64,000 bases of DNA from an uncultured Candidatus Poseidoniales archaeon (GCA_964645485.1 CAZXZO010000002.1:25108-89107); one strand, 5' to 3'. Positions 37,575 through 48,267 are shown, counted from the stretch's first letter. The notes: generated by a model from the sequence alone, not told the origin. Numbers and translations are program-made.

Positions 37575-40184
37575 TTGAAGAAGCAGGTCGTTGGTGGAAG
37601 CGATCATTCACTTGCTGAATTACGTCATGAAATCACTGGTACAGATTCACCATCTTTGGAGAGAGCCGGCCAGATTACTAAGAATTTGACTAACGAAGAA
37701 GGTCTTCGCCGTAGCCTTGGAAGAGAACGCCGTCTTAGGTTGAAAGACCAAGCAGAAAGGCTCTCCGCTGCTAAGGGCTCAATGGGCCGTGCTCTCCAGA
37801 TGGAACACCAATCTATTCTCAAGAATCTTGAGTCAGAAATGCGGAGTGAGATGGAATCAGAACTTTCGCGTCTAGAGAAAGAAACACTTGGTCGGGAAGA
37901 AGAGATATTACGCGAAGAATTGGATATGAGGCTTGAGCGTGAAGAGATATCACTTCGAGAGCAACTAGAGGTTGAACGGGAACGCCGCCTAAGTGCAAGC
38001 CGTGAACAACTTCACTCACAACTTTCCAGTGATATGAACAAAGAGTTTGACCGTCGTCGCGCATTTTTACAGGAGAAAATGGAAATTGAGGCAACCCAAG
38101 CACTCCAGGAACAGTTGTCGAGTCTAGAATCAGAATTGAAAGAAGAGATGGAAGTTCAATTAAAGTCTGAAGAGACACGCCAAGCAGAAATCATTGAAGC
38201 TGAGCAACATTCACGTCTTTCAGAAAGGGAAATACAACTCCGGGATGGAATTCGCCGTCGCCTTGAGGGGCAATTACGCAGTCGTCTGCGCGCTCGCGAG
38301 GCTCGCCTCAGAAGCGAGTATGAACATCGCGCCCATAGAATGGAGGAAGAGATTGCAAAAGACCTCCAAGACGAACTAGAGCAACGCCTTACATCGGAAA
38401 CCGAACAACTCGAAGAGCGAATGCAACAAGATTTGGAGTTAGCAGTTGCGCGTAAACGCGATGAAGTGCGAGCATCCATTCTGAATGAACTTCAAACCCA
38501 GTATGGTGAACGAATCGCAGAACGGAAACAGCGTCTCCGTGAGCGTTATGACTTAACTTTCAGTCAGTCAATTGATGAGATTGAACAAGCTCTAAACATC
38601 GAATTGGAAGATGTCCTTCAAGATCGAATGGAGGGTGAATTTGAAACTTACCGCCGTTCACGAGAATCTGAAATATCTAGTCGCCTATCTCGATTCCGCC
38701 ATGATAGAGAAATTGAACTCCGACAACAACTAACTTCATCCTTTGAAGGTAGGAAGCAAGAATGGATTGACCAATTAGAACAAGAATACCGCTCTAAGGA
38801 GTCAGCAGTACAACGACAAATTATGGCTGAGATTGATGCTCGAGTTCGTAACGAAAAGATATCTCAAGAGACCTCACTTGACCTGTTAAAGCAGGAGACC
38901 TCAATGGAACTTGAGGTAGAGATGGAATCAAGACTACGAGAGTTTAGATCTAGAAAGGAAACAGAAGTAACCGATCAATTAGAACGCCAACTTTCCAAGC
39001 GTGAAGAAATTATGCGTAACAAAGCCCTCATTGAAGTTCGCCGCCGTGAATCCGAAATACGTGCAGAAATTGAAGCACAACTTGCAGTAAAGAGAGCAGA
39101 AATTCGTGAGCGTCTTGCAACACTTGAGCAACGCTCAGAAGAATTCAAACAAGTTGCAGAAGAAAAGATTCGAACACAACTTGAGCGTAATCTTGTTTCA
39201 GAGGAAGATTTGGAAGACCAAGTTCGCTTGCAGCAGTTAGAGGATGAGGCTGAAAACCTTGAGAATCAAGATACAGTATTGGACCGCCGCCAGAGATGGA
39301 TGGGTGCATTGGAAGGTGCCCAGGGCCAGATGCCTGAGACTGCTGTTCGCCAAGGTGGCCTTGTTGGAGGGGGCAGATTAGGACAACCAAAGTCATCAAC
39401 TCTTGGTGGGCCTGCAAAGGCCTCGGCACCCCCCGCTCTTGGAGCAGGTGCTGGAGGGCGATTAGCACCTTCACGAGCACCTATTGGACAGGCTTCGGCA
39501 GCAACAGCGGCCACGCCAGCAACAAAAATTCCCAAACCATCAATCGGTTCAACTATGGCTGAGCGCTTAGCACCAGTCAGAGCGCCTATCAGGGTTGAAG
39601 GTGAAGCACCTAAAGAAACCCGTTCTCTAAGTGATATTGCAGAAGAAGTAGGACTACCTGCGCTTGAAACAAAAGAACCCGAAGAACCTTCAGGCATTGA
39701 CTCACCAAAAGAGACAATCGAAGATGATTGGGATAAGGATGAAGAATTAGAAATCAGTTCAGTAATTTCAGAATTAGCTACTCTAGAAGAAATAGATGCT
39801 CAATCTCAGTCACAACCTGAAGAACCAACCCCTGTATCAAGAGGTCCGCCAGGTGGAGGCAAATTGATTCGCGATGACGTGAATACAGAGGGAAGTGTAG
39901 AGACAAAACCAGTGCGCGGTCCACCCGGGGGCGGAAAACTAGTTCGAGAAAGGCCGGAACCTTCTGAGAGGAGTCCTCCAATTGATACCACAGATATTCC
40001 AGCAGAGATATTAAAGCCAGTTCGAAAGCCAGTATTACAACCAAAGAAAATTGAAACTGCTAACATTATTTCAATGACAGACCCCGTCAAAGTACTAGTT
40101 CCTGAAGCGGCTCCAAAAGTTGCAAAACTAACTCCGGTGACCACCACTTTAACTCCAATACAAAGTTCAGAAGAAGAAGAATGA
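37575..40184 (+). CDS. Long coiled-coil protein with disordered Pro/Gly/acidic tail (start uncertain)
   Basis: About 550 aa of E/R/L/Q heptad-like sequence, no Walker motif or TM seen; frame open from 37518. Confidence 0.8.
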   Translation: MKKQVVGGSDHSLAELRHEITGTDSPSLERAGQITKNLTNEEGLRRSLGRERRLRLKDQAERLSAAKGSMGRALQMEHQSILKNLESEMRSEMESELSRLEKETLGREEEILREELDMRLEREEISLREQLEVERERRLSASREQLHSQLSSDMNKEFDRRRAFLQEKMEIEATQALQEQLSSLESELKEEMEVQLKSEETRQAEIIEAEQHSRLSEREIQLRDGIRRRLEGQLRSRLRAREARLRSEYEHRAHRMEEEIAKDLQDELEQRLTSETEQLEERMQQDLELAVARKRDEVRASILNELQTQYGERIAERKQRLRERYDLTFSQSIDEIEQALNIELEDVLQDRMEGEFETYRRSRESEISSRLSRFRHDREIELRQQLTSSFEGRKQEWIDQLEQEYRSKESAVQRQIMAEIDARVRNEKISQETSLDLLKQETSMELEVEMESRLREFRSRKETEVTDQLERQLSKREEIMRNKALIEVRRRESEIRAEIEAQLAVKRAEIRERLATLEQRSEEFKQVAEEKIRTQLERNLVSEEDLEDQVRLQQLEDEAENLENQDTVLDRRQRWMGALEGAQGQMPETAVRQGGLVGGGRLGQPKSSTLGGPAKASAPPALGAGAGGRLAPSRAPIGQASAATAATPATKIPKPSIGSTMAERLAPVRAPIRVEGEAPKETRSLSDIAEEVGLPALETKEPEEPSGIDSPKETIEDDWDKDEELEISSVISELATLEEIDAQSQSQPEEPTPVSRGPPGGGKLIRDDVNTEGSVETKPVRGPPGGGKLVRERPEPSERSPPIDTTDIPAEILKPVRKPVLQPKKIETANIISMTDPVKVLVPEAAPKVAKLTPVTTTLTPIQSSEEEE

Positions 40185-40270
40185 GTGCAAAATAATTGAG
40201 TTGACCGTAGGTCATTTACTCAAAATCAACCTACCACCGCATTCAAAGGTAGAATGCTCCTCAACGGAGC

Positions 40271-42709
40271 ATGCGCGCCTCGCTGACCCTCTCATCCCTA
40301 ATGCTCATTGGCGTTATGATTCCTCTACTTGCATCCACTACAGCATCAGCATCATCACTTGCAAATGCTGGTGTTGTATCTGATATTGACAGCCATTCAG
40401 TTGGGATGTGGCAAACTTATGATGGCTATTCGGTAGTCGTCAATGAAACAGGTTTCGTAATGGCATTAGAAATAAAAAATGATGGCACAGTGACTGAAGC
40501 ATGGAATTACACATTAAATGTGTCAATTACCAGTGGAGCGATAGATAATTCTCAACACCGACTTGCTTTAGGTACTGATGCTGGGGTTCAGGTGATATCA
40601 ACTGAATTCCATCAATTGCTATATTCAATCAACATCGTTGGAGGTGTTGACTCTCTTGGTTGGGATGGGAATGGTGACTTATGGGTTGGTGATAGAGCCT
40701 ATCGTTATGCGGCAGAGTATGACGACACAGCAGCGACGGGGGTCACAACTCAAACACATCTCATCAAAGTGACAGCAGTACTTGGCATGACAAATGGAAG
40801 TGTGATAACTGGAGGCAGAGATTCAATCGTTAGAGTCTCAGCACCAAATGGCTCTATGGTTCATGAGATGATGGATATTCAAAGTGATGTTGCAGGATTG
40901 TATCTAATCGATGGCGGGGATACTCTAGTTACCACATCTACTACGGGTCAGTTGATAACATATTCAACTTCTGATTGGCAAAAGACTGGGGATATTTATC
41001 TATCCAGTGGCGGAATAATCAGAACAGTAGCCCAAAATTCGGATGGCACTTTAATTGTCGGGACTCACAATGGCCATCTTACAATTTTAAATGGCACTGA
41101 TTTGTCCGAAATGAGTAAATTTTCTTCACTAGGGGAGATTATCAGCGTAAAACTTGGCCAAGATAACTCCTTTTTCTTGTTGGCAACTTTCTCTGACAAA
41201 TCTGATATTATCATGTTCGATTTAGATAGTGATGGAGATGAAGTTGTTGACGCGGTAGATGAATTCCCTAACGATTCAACCCAACAAACAGATTCTGATG
41301 GCGATGGGTATGGAGATAACCAACTTGGAAACAACCCCGATAAATACCCTCAAGACCCGACCCAATGGTTAGATTCTGATGGCGATGGTCGTGGTGATAA
41401 CGCCAGTGGGAATAATGGAGATTTATTTCCATTTAATCCAACTCAACATCAAGATAGTGATGGAGATGGATATGGAGATAACCCATTAGGTCAAGATGCG
41501 GATGCATTCCCAAATGATATATCACAATGGTTAGATTCTGATGGTGACCAATTAGGTGACAACCCAAACGGTACCAATCCAGATGATTGCCCAACATCGG
41601 CTGGGAATTCATACAAGGACAGAAATGGCTGTCCTGATTCAGACAACGATGGCTATAGCGACCCTCGTGGTGATGACCAGGAGTGCTCATCAAATTATCC
41701 AAATGGGGCTGATGCATACCCACAGGATGCAACACAGTGGTGTGATACCGATGATGATAATTATGGAGATAACTTAACCGGAAATAACCCTGATTGGTGT
41801 CCTGCAGAATGGGGTAACAGCACCCGTGGAATCTTTTTCGATACTGAAACTAATATTTATGTCACAATACAGAGATTTGGTTGCATTGACAACGATGGAG
41901 ATGGATACGAAGATAGCGGTGAGCAAGATGGGCTTACCGATTGGTCGAACAACAAGAGTGAATGGGTCGACAGTGACCGGGACGGAGTTGGAGATAATGC
42001 CGACTGGGATGACCTTGACCCTACAGTTAACACGCTTGAACAGTATTGTGTCAAGAACCCAACAGATTACTCTAATTGCGAATCCGTATACATTCCAGTA
42101 GATAATTCAAATAGTGAAGATGAAATGACAGCGAGTGAAAAGCGCTCGAAGTTAATGAAAGAATTCTTGATTTATGGAGGTGGCATTGGAGTCGCTTTGA
42201 TTGCAGGAATTTTAGCAGTGTGGGGATTAGTTGGAATTATTCGGACATCTATCGCAAAGCGAGCACCTGATGCTCAATACAGCCACCAGGATGCGACAAA
42301 AGAGTTGCAAGCATTTGAAGAAGGAGAAGAATTTGAGACTCGCGGTGGAATCACAGAACAAAAAGGCTGGGAGGATGAAAAACTCGGTGATGGAGTTACT
42401 GAGGATGAATTATGGGACCTTGCTGAAGAAATCGAGAAACCATCCTCTGTCCCTGACTCAAGTATGTTTACTGGTGAATCTGAATCACCTACGGAAGAGT
42501 CGGATGACACCTCAGAACCTGAGCCAGAACCTGAGCCAGAACCAGAACCAGTAGCAGTTGAGAGCCAGCCAACACCAGATACATCCGCGACTATTGAAAT
42601 GCCAGAGGGTGCACCTCCTTTACCAGAAGGTGGATTACCAGCGGGTTGGACTACAGAGCAGTGGGTCTACTATGGTCACCAGTGGTGGGATGCAAAGAAC
42701 AAACAATGA
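40271..42709 (+). CDS. Surface protein: beta-propeller, thrombospondin type-3 Ca-binding repeats, TM anchor
   Basis: Signal peptide; many DSDGDG(Y/R)GDN..DAFP.D.TQW repeats; TM LIYGGGIGVALIAGILAVWGLVGII. Confidence 0.85.
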   Translation: MRASLTLSSLMLIGVMIPLLASTTASASSLANAGVVSDIDSHSVGMWQTYDGYSVVVNETGFVMALEIKNDGTVTEAWNYTLNVSITSGAIDNSQHRLALGTDAGVQVISTEFHQLLYSINIVGGVDSLGWDGNGDLWVGDRAYRYAAEYDDTAATGVTTQTHLIKVTAVLGMTNGSVITGGRDSIVRVSAPNGSMVHEMMDIQSDVAGLYLIDGGDTLVTTSTTGQLITYSTSDWQKTGDIYLSSGGIIRTVAQNSDGTLIVGTHNGHLTILNGTDLSEMSKFSSLGEIISVKLGQDNSFFLLATFSDKSDIIMFDLDSDGDEVVDAVDEFPNDSTQQTDSDGDGYGDNQLGNNPDKYPQDPTQWLDSDGDGRGDNASGNNGDLFPFNPTQHQDSDGDGYGDNPLGQDADAFPNDISQWLDSDGDQLGDNPNGTNPDDCPTSAGNSYKDRNGCPDSDNDGYSDPRGDDQECSSNYPNGADAYPQDATQWCDTDDDNYGDNLTGNNPDWCPAEWGNSTRGIFFDTETNIYVTIQRFGCIDNDGDGYEDSGEQDGLTDWSNNKSEWVDSDRDGVGDNADWDDLDPTVNTLEQYCVKNPTDYSNCESVYIPVDNSNSEDEMTASEKRSKLMKEFLIYGGGIGVALIAGILAVWGLVGIIRTSIAKRAPDAQYSHQDATKELQAFEEGEEFETRGGITEQKGWEDEKLGDGVTEDELWDLAEEIEKPSSVPDSSMFTGESESPTEESDDTSEPEPEPEPEPEPVAVESQPTPDTSATIEMPEGAPPLPEGGLPAGWTTEQWVYYGHQWWDAKNKQ

Positions 42710-42724
42710 GTTCTAACTGTTTTC

Positions 42725-42985
42725 TCAATGAAAATCAACTGGGATTCGAGTCTTTAATTCCCCTAATTCGGTGCCAGACAAAGCGGGCTTCCCATCTTTT
42801 TTGAGATTATTAACCAGTAACCAGAGTAATGTATTCCAGGTTTTCTTAGTAGCATGCAGTTCGATGGTATTACACGCAGCAAGTTTGAGTAACTTATTCT
42901 CATCACTATCCTTGTTGAACAGTCCGTTCACTAAAGTACCCGAGTTAATCCAATATGCTGGAGCCTGTCCTTTCATTTTTTTCAC
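42725..42985 (-). CDS. Small hypothetical protein
   Basis: 86-aa ORF whose start overlaps the stop of the upstream gene by 4 nt (ATGA coupling). Confidence 0.6.
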   Translation of the reverse strand: MKKMKGQAPAYWINSGTLVNGLFNKDSDENKLLKLAACNTIELHATKKTWNTLLWLLVNNLKKDGKPALSGTELGELKTRIPVDFH

Positions 42986-43224
42986 TCCTGAAATGGTGAA
43001 AGTTCAAGTTTCGCAATTAATCCACTCACATCAATATCATCCATTGATCCAAGTGCTTGTTGAAGGGCATCACTATCCCTACTAATCTGATTGAGTCGGT
43101 GCTCCTTCAATAATTGTTGAAGGAATTCGTCAACACTCTTGTAATTCCCCAATGCTCGCATTGAATTTAGTTGCCTTCTTACCTCAAAACTTACACTAAT
43201 TGATGTCATATCTGGTGAACCCAT
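42982..43224 (-). CDS. Ribbon-helix-helix-like DNA-binding protein
   Basis: MTSISVSFEVRRQLNSMRALGNYKSVDEFLQQLL fits the beta-strand/helix/helix pattern. Confidence 0.65.
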   Translation of the reverse strand: MGSPDMTSISVSFEVRRQLNSMRALGNYKSVDEFLQQLLKEHRLNQISRDSDALQQALGSMDDIDVSGLIAKLELSPFQE

Positions 43225-43339
43225 TTTATCACTTATTCACCGTGAATCAAGACATCTATAGAAGGATGACGGTTACAAGAAGGAATAAAATTGTGATTTG
43301 CCATATAATCGCTTTACAGCCGATGTATCTTGTAGTACA

Positions 43340-44320
43340 TTATTCAGCTTGTTTTAAGTGATGTAATTTGAGTCTACTCGTCTCGTTTACACCGTATTTA
43401 TAACGTAATTTTTTAACACGGTCTGAGACTTCTTTGGCTAATGACCAATATGCTTGTGAACCTTTATTTTTCTTGGTAGGCTTCTTTAAAATGACAACAG
43501 GAGCGCCTTCTAATGGTGCTTCTGCGATTGAAATTATTCTCGGAATCATTGTTCCAAATACTTGTTTGTCAAAGTGCCTTCTAACTTCAGATGAAACTGT
43601 GTTGCAAAGTCTAGTTTTTTGATACATCGTAAGTGCGATTCCAAATAATTTGAGATGAGGGTTAATTCTTCGTTGAATCAACTTGATTGAATTCATTAAT
43701 TGGCTCATGCCTTCAAGGGCATAATATTCAGTCTGCACTGGAATCAATACCCAGTTTGCTGCAGCAAGGGCGTTAATGGTTAGTAAGCCAAGACTCGGCG
43801 GTGTATCGATAATGATGTAATCAAACTCATGAATTGCGCTTGCAAGCCCCTCTTTCAGCCGAGTTTCTCTACCGATTCTAGTTGCCAATTCAATTTCAGC
43901 ACCCGATAATTGAATGTTTGACGGCAGTAACCACAGATTTTCCACTTTGATATGCTTTGGAACCTTCCTCTCTTTCTTCGCCCCATCTTTTTCGTACCGA
44001 TGTTGGTTTTTCCAAGCCTCACGCATTGAATCAGTCAGTATTTCAGGAGAAATCAAATATTCATCCAAAATAGGGAGATCCTCTCCCAAGTCATTCATCA
44101 AAAGGTCGTATACAGTTCTACCGAGTTTACTTTTATCTACACCAAAAGAAGTAGATGCATTACCCTGAGGGTCAAGGTCTACGAGGAGAACTTTAGCAGG
44201 TTCTACACCCCTAGCAGGATTACCTTCTGCCAATGATGTTGCTAGGTTAACCGCGGTGGTAGTTTTCGCACAACCCCCTTTCTGGTTGGTGCATGCAATG
44301 ACCATTTTGTACGGGTCCAT
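43340..44320 (-). CDS. parA: ParA-family ATPase (copy 2) with basic insertion
   Basis: NQKGGCAKTTT, DLDPQGNA, IDTPPSLG, PVQTEYYALEG, IPRIISIAEAP. Confidence 0.92.
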   Translation of the reverse strand: MDPYKMVIACTNQKGGCAKTTTAVNLATSLAEGNPARGVEPAKVLLVDLDPQGNASTSFGVDKSKLGRTVYDLLMNDLGEDLPILDEYLISPEILTDSMREAWKNQHRYEKDGAKKERKVPKHIKVENLWLLPSNIQLSGAEIELATRIGRETRLKEGLASAIHEFDYIIIDTPPSLGLLTINALAAANWVLIPVQTEYYALEGMSQLMNSIKLIQRRINPHLKLFGIALTMYQKTRLCNTVSSEVRRHFDKQVFGTMIPRIISIAEAPLEGAPVVILKKPTKKNKGSQAYWSLAKEVSDRVKKLRYKYGVNETSRLKLHHLKQAE

Positions 44321-44419
44321 CTCTCTCTCCCCCCTCGTGTGGTACGGGCTCTGCTTTGAACCTTAATCATAACCGCGATTGATTGTGTGCTCAAGTGGCA
44401 TAAAAGCCGTCAATCTGAA

Positions 44420-45421
44420 TCAAGCAGTTTGGATTACTGGGACAGGTACTTCAGAGAGAATCTTGCGAGTAATGTGCATGCCTGTGATTCCCCGAATCTT
44501 TGCTTCTGGCTTTAGCATGATTCTGTGACTAATAATTTGGAGTGCAACACCCTTGATGTCATCTGGAATCACATAGTCTCGGCCATCAATTGCTGCTGAT
44601 GCACGACCAGTCTTGAACAATGATTGGCTAGCACGCGGAGAAGCACCGGTGATTACCCTGTGATCTTCACGGGTTCTCTGGACAACTTCAACAATATAAG
44701 AGAGAATTGCTGGGTCTATGTGCACGGTTTCCAGTGCCTTTTGCATTGCCACCACTTTCTTTGGAGAAGTGATTTGTTGAACATCGTGGTCATCCTTTCC
44801 TCGCAATTTTCTGCGAGCTAAAATCGCCTTTTCTTCGGAACGGTCTGGGTAACCCATAGACATCTTCATCAAAAATCGGTCCATTTGTGCTTCTGGTAGA
44901 GGATAGGTTCCTTCTTGTTCAATTGGATTTTGAGTAGCCAATACAACAAACGGTGCTGGTAATTTGTGGGTAATACCTTCGATTGTAACTTGCTTTTCTT
45001 CCATTGCCTCAAGCAGAGCAGCCTGAGTCTTCGGCGGTGCACGGTTTATTTCGTCAGCGAGAAGAATGTTTGAGAATAGAGGTCCAGGTCGAAGTTTGAA
45101 TTCTCCAGCCTTTTGGTCATACATGTAAGTCCCCATAATATCTGAAGGTAGCAAGTCAGGTGTGAATTGAACACGCTTGAATTTACAACCCAGTGCTCTT
45201 GCGAATGTGTTTGCAAGTAGTGTCTTTGCTAGTCCAGGGAAATCTTCTAGCAGCATATTTCCATTGGAGAGAATACCTATACTTACCTTCCTCAAGTTCT
45301 CTTGTTTTCCTATGATGACTTTTGATACTTCATTCATCAATCCGTTTGAAATTGCACTTACAGTTGCAATCAAATCTCGGGTTCGTCCGTCCCCTCCCAT
45401 AGTAGTCTGCATTGCCATCAC
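44420..45421 (-). CDS. moxR: MoxR-family AAA+ ATPase
   Basis: EDFPGLAKT, RVQFTPDLLPSD, LADEINRAPPKTQAALLEAMEE, GTYPLPEAQMDRF. Confidence 0.93.
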   Translation of the reverse strand: MMAMQTTMGGDGRTRDLIATVSAISNGLMNEVSKVIIGKQENLRKVSIGILSNGNMLLEDFPGLAKTLLANTFARALGCKFKRVQFTPDLLPSDIMGTYMYDQKAGEFKLRPGPLFSNILLADEINRAPPKTQAALLEAMEEKQVTIEGITHKLPAPFVVLATQNPIEQEGTYPLPEAQMDRFLMKMSMGYPDRSEEKAILARRKLRGKDDHDVQQITSPKKVVAMQKALETVHIDPAILSYIVEVVQRTREDHRVITGASPRASQSLFKTGRASAAIDGRDYVIPDDIKGVALQIISHRIMLKPEAKIRGITGMHITRKILSEVPVPVIQTA

Positions 45422-45496
45422 TCCGTTCTACAAAAACCGACCCGCCCAATTCGTACTAAAGGGTTGGGGGTTGAAACATCAACCACAATTCACTGG

Positions 45497-47302
45497 TTAC
45501 CGGCCCCAAAAATGGTCATCACGGCGATGAATAGCAATTATTTCAGCAAGTATTTCTTCCTCAATACTTGAAATACTTAATTTGCGTAATTTCCTGATAT
45601 GTGACTCTGGAACATCAACTAGTAGTACATCGCCTTCATCGACACCTCGGCCAATTGTAATTCCTTCAATAGCCACAGCCAATTCATCGCCCTGTTTTGC
45701 TTCATTCAGAACATGGTCGCCATCCCGTATAGATTTCACCCGGCCTGCCCGTTCTCCCTCAATAGTCAACAGCCGTTGTCCAACGTGAATTCTACCACCC
45801 AACACCCTGACTCCTACAACAGCAGGTCCGGAGCGTCGGAAGATATGGTCTTCCATAATTAAAATACGGCCGGGGTGGATGACATTTTCACGCCCTTCTT
45901 CCTCTAATCTCTTTTTTGTCGCGTCAAGCCATTCGTCATACTCTTCAAGAATATGGTAAATAATATCCGAGCCAACGTGTAAAACATCACAATCATCACT
46001 ACTGAGATCAGCCTGTGCTTCTGCTAGTATACCTGAACTGAAAGTAAGAATTACTCTCTCATACGGGTCGTCAGATACCGCAGCACTTCTGACATCTTTA
46101 CGATTGATTGGGCCAATTGTAGCAGAACGAATTTTAATGTCCCTTGGATTTCCAATAGAATCTTTCATTCCTCTGATTTCAAATGCAAGTGCTTCCAATC
46201 CACCCAATGTATCAGCTTTGATAGCAATTCCTTCTTCGTCTAAATCAATTGAAATTTCACACTCTTCCGCAATATTGTCAATTATTTCCTGGCGTGAGTC
46301 AGCATCAGGGATTACTCGCAGTGTCGTTCCTGCTAAAATAGACTCAATATCAGGTGCACTCAATTTCAATCCAGCCGCTGCTGAAACGGAATTTACAGAA
46401 TCCCATCGGTCGCCTGCATCTCTCATTTCAGACATCCCTCGAGGCGAAAACATGCCTTTGATTTTAGTTACCAGAGGGCCTGTTGGAGTAGCGATTGCAA
46501 TTTCGTCTCCCTTATTCATCGTGCCCCTGTGAAGAATGATGTCCAAGGTTTTTCCAAGCCCCCTCTCATCTTTCATTTCGAGAACTGTTGCTTCTGCACT
46601 CCCCTCAACATCTTCCAATTGATCAGCCAAGAATTTTTCAGCCAATCCAATAGTTACCGCTAGGAGGTCTTGAATCCCCTCACCTTCTTTGGCTGAGCAA
46701 GGTACGAGTGCAATATTCTTCGTAAAATCCGAAATTTGGTCATAGCGTTCAAGATTGAATTCTTGTTCGCCGAATTGGCCAACTAATTGCCAGTATTTTT
46801 GGTCAAAAAGAGCAAGCACATCATCAGTCTGATTTCTCAATGAAAGTGCCATTGCTCTGCCATTTTTGGATTGCCATCCATGGATTCTATCGACTTTATT
46901 GCAAGCAACAACGAATGGAGTTTTTGCTTTCCTCAAGATACGCATTGACTCTAAGGTCTGAGGTTTACAACCATCAACAAGGTCAATTACCAAAATTGCG
47001 ATGTCGGCTAGAGACCCACCCCTAGTACGGAGTGTGGAGAAAGAATGGTGTCCAGGCGTGTCAATAAACAAAAGCCCAGGTGAGTTGAAATTTTTTCCAC
47101 CCATCAGGGGCGCACAAAGGTCGTTAAGAACCTCTGAGGGAACTTCAGTTGCCCCAATATGTTGAGTGATTCCACCAGCTTCTCTTGCCATTACTGACGA
47201 CTGTCTTTCAGAACCTAGAGAGCGAATGTGGTCAAGCAGGCTAGTTTTACCGTGGTCAACATGGCCGAGGACTGCAACAATGGGTTGTCTCCTCTCTTTC
47301 AT
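45497..47302 (-). CDS. infB: Translation initiation factor aIF5B/IF-2
   Basis: GHVDHGKTSLLD, GGITQHIGA, DTPGH, NKVD, KADTLGGLEAL. Confidence 0.95.
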   Translation of the reverse strand: MKERRQPIVAVLGHVDHGKTSLLDHIRSLGSERQSSVMAREAGGITQHIGATEVPSEVLNDLCAPLMGGKNFNSPGLLFIDTPGHHSFSTLRTRGGSLADIAILVIDLVDGCKPQTLESMRILRKAKTPFVVACNKVDRIHGWQSKNGRAMALSLRNQTDDVLALFDQKYWQLVGQFGEQEFNLERYDQISDFTKNIALVPCSAKEGEGIQDLLAVTIGLAEKFLADQLEDVEGSAEATVLEMKDERGLGKTLDIILHRGTMNKGDEIAIATPTGPLVTKIKGMFSPRGMSEMRDAGDRWDSVNSVSAAAGLKLSAPDIESILAGTTLRVIPDADSRQEIIDNIAEECEISIDLDEEGIAIKADTLGGLEALAFEIRGMKDSIGNPRDIKIRSATIGPINRKDVRSAAVSDDPYERVILTFSSGILAEAQADLSSDDCDVLHVGSDIIYHILEEYDEWLDATKKRLEEEGRENVIHPGRILIMEDHIFRRSGPAVVGVRVLGGRIHVGQRLLTIEGERAGRVKSIRDGDHVLNEAKQGDELAVAIEGITIGRGVDEGDVLLVDVPESHIRKLRKLSISSIEEEILAEIIAIHRRDDHFWGR

Positions 47303-47331
47303 CCATGTCACCTGCCCCTGTAATCAAAAAT

Positions 47332-47790
47332 TCATTCTTCGTAAATCCAATCTTCTGCTGACCGGGTCCAATCTACTAATCCCTCAGCGAACCAAAGTCC
47401 TAATTCAAATTCTGCAGTTTCTTCAGCGTCACTGCCATGGATTAAGTTGTGTCCTATATCCATCGCCCAATCCCCACGAATTGTTCCCGGGGCAGCATCA
47501 CGCCCATTTGTTGGACCGATGATATTTCGAGCCACCTTGATGGCTTCTACTCCACTCCAAGCCATGGCTACAACAGGTCCGGATGTGATGAATTTTAGTA
47601 GTCCAGGGTAGAATGGTCTTTCTGAGTGGACGGCATAGTGACTCGCCGCTAATTCATGAGAGGGTGTCAACTGCTTCAAACCCACCAAACGGAGCCCCTT
47701 TTCCTCAAAACGGGCAATAATCTTGCCAACCAATCCTCTCTGAACCCCATCGGGTTTTACCATCACAAACGTTGTCTGCATATAACTCAC
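47332..47790 (-). CDS. ndk: Nucleoside diphosphate kinase
   Basis: [27 protein letters not shown]. Confidence 0.96.
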   Translation of the reverse strand: MSYMQTTFVMVKPDGVQRGLVGKIIARFEEKGLRLVGLKQLTPSHELAASHYAVHSERPFYPGLLKFITSGPVVAMAWSGVEAIKVARNIIGPTNGRDAAPGTIRGDWAMDIGHNLIHGSDAEETAEFELGLWFAEGLVDWTRSAEDWIYEE

Positions 47791-47848
47791 TGAAGCGGCC
47801 GTGACGCCTCCCCTGTTTAAGCAAAACGCTTGAGCGAACCAAAAATTT

Positions 47849-48040
47849 TCACTGGATGCCGCCTTTCACATAGTGGCGGGTCCACTTTACTTTGCGAGAA
47901 TTTCGCTTCAAATTCACCATGTTCTTGCGGGCTTTACTGCTCTTGAACCACAATACAGTACCGTCCTTACGAACATACATCTGGCCAGTGCCGGGTTCGA
48001 TTTCTTCACCACTAAAAGTGCAAACACGTCGCTCAGGCAT
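47849..48040 (-). CDS. rpl24e: 50S ribosomal protein L24e
   Basis: [27 protein letters not shown]. Confidence 0.95.
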   Translation of the reverse strand: MPERRVCTFSGEEIEPGTGQMYVRKDGTVLWFKSSKARKNMVNLKRNSRKVKWTRHYVKGGIQ

Positions 48041-48041
48041 C

Positions 48042-48257
48042 TTATCGACCTCCGAGTTTACGTGCTTCACGGCCAGTATCACGGAGCATCAACACATCAC
48101 CTATGCGAATTGGGCCCAACACATTGCGAGTAATTATTCGCCCAACATCTCTTGGATTTGGGGCATCATTGACACGAACCTTGACTTGGGTAGCCTCACC
48201 GGTCATACCGGTTCGACCTACAATTTCAACGACTTCTGCCGGCCAACCGTCTGCCAT
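48042..48257 (-). CDS. rps28e: 30S ribosomal protein S28e
   Basis: [39 protein letters not shown]. Confidence 0.95.
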   Translation of the reverse strand: MADGWPAEVVEIVGRTGMTGEATQVKVRVNDAPNPRDVGRIITRNVLGPIRIGDVLMLRDTGREARKLGGR

Positions 48258-48267
48258 CAAAGTCACC

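Noticed and set aside
41220-42020. Recurrent GATTCTGATGGCGATGG-type DNA repeats
   Set aside because: Explained by the encoded thrombospondin type-3 repeats.
44420-45421. MoxR without adjacent DUF58/vWA partners
   Set aside because: Partners are often encoded elsewhere; not informative from this window.
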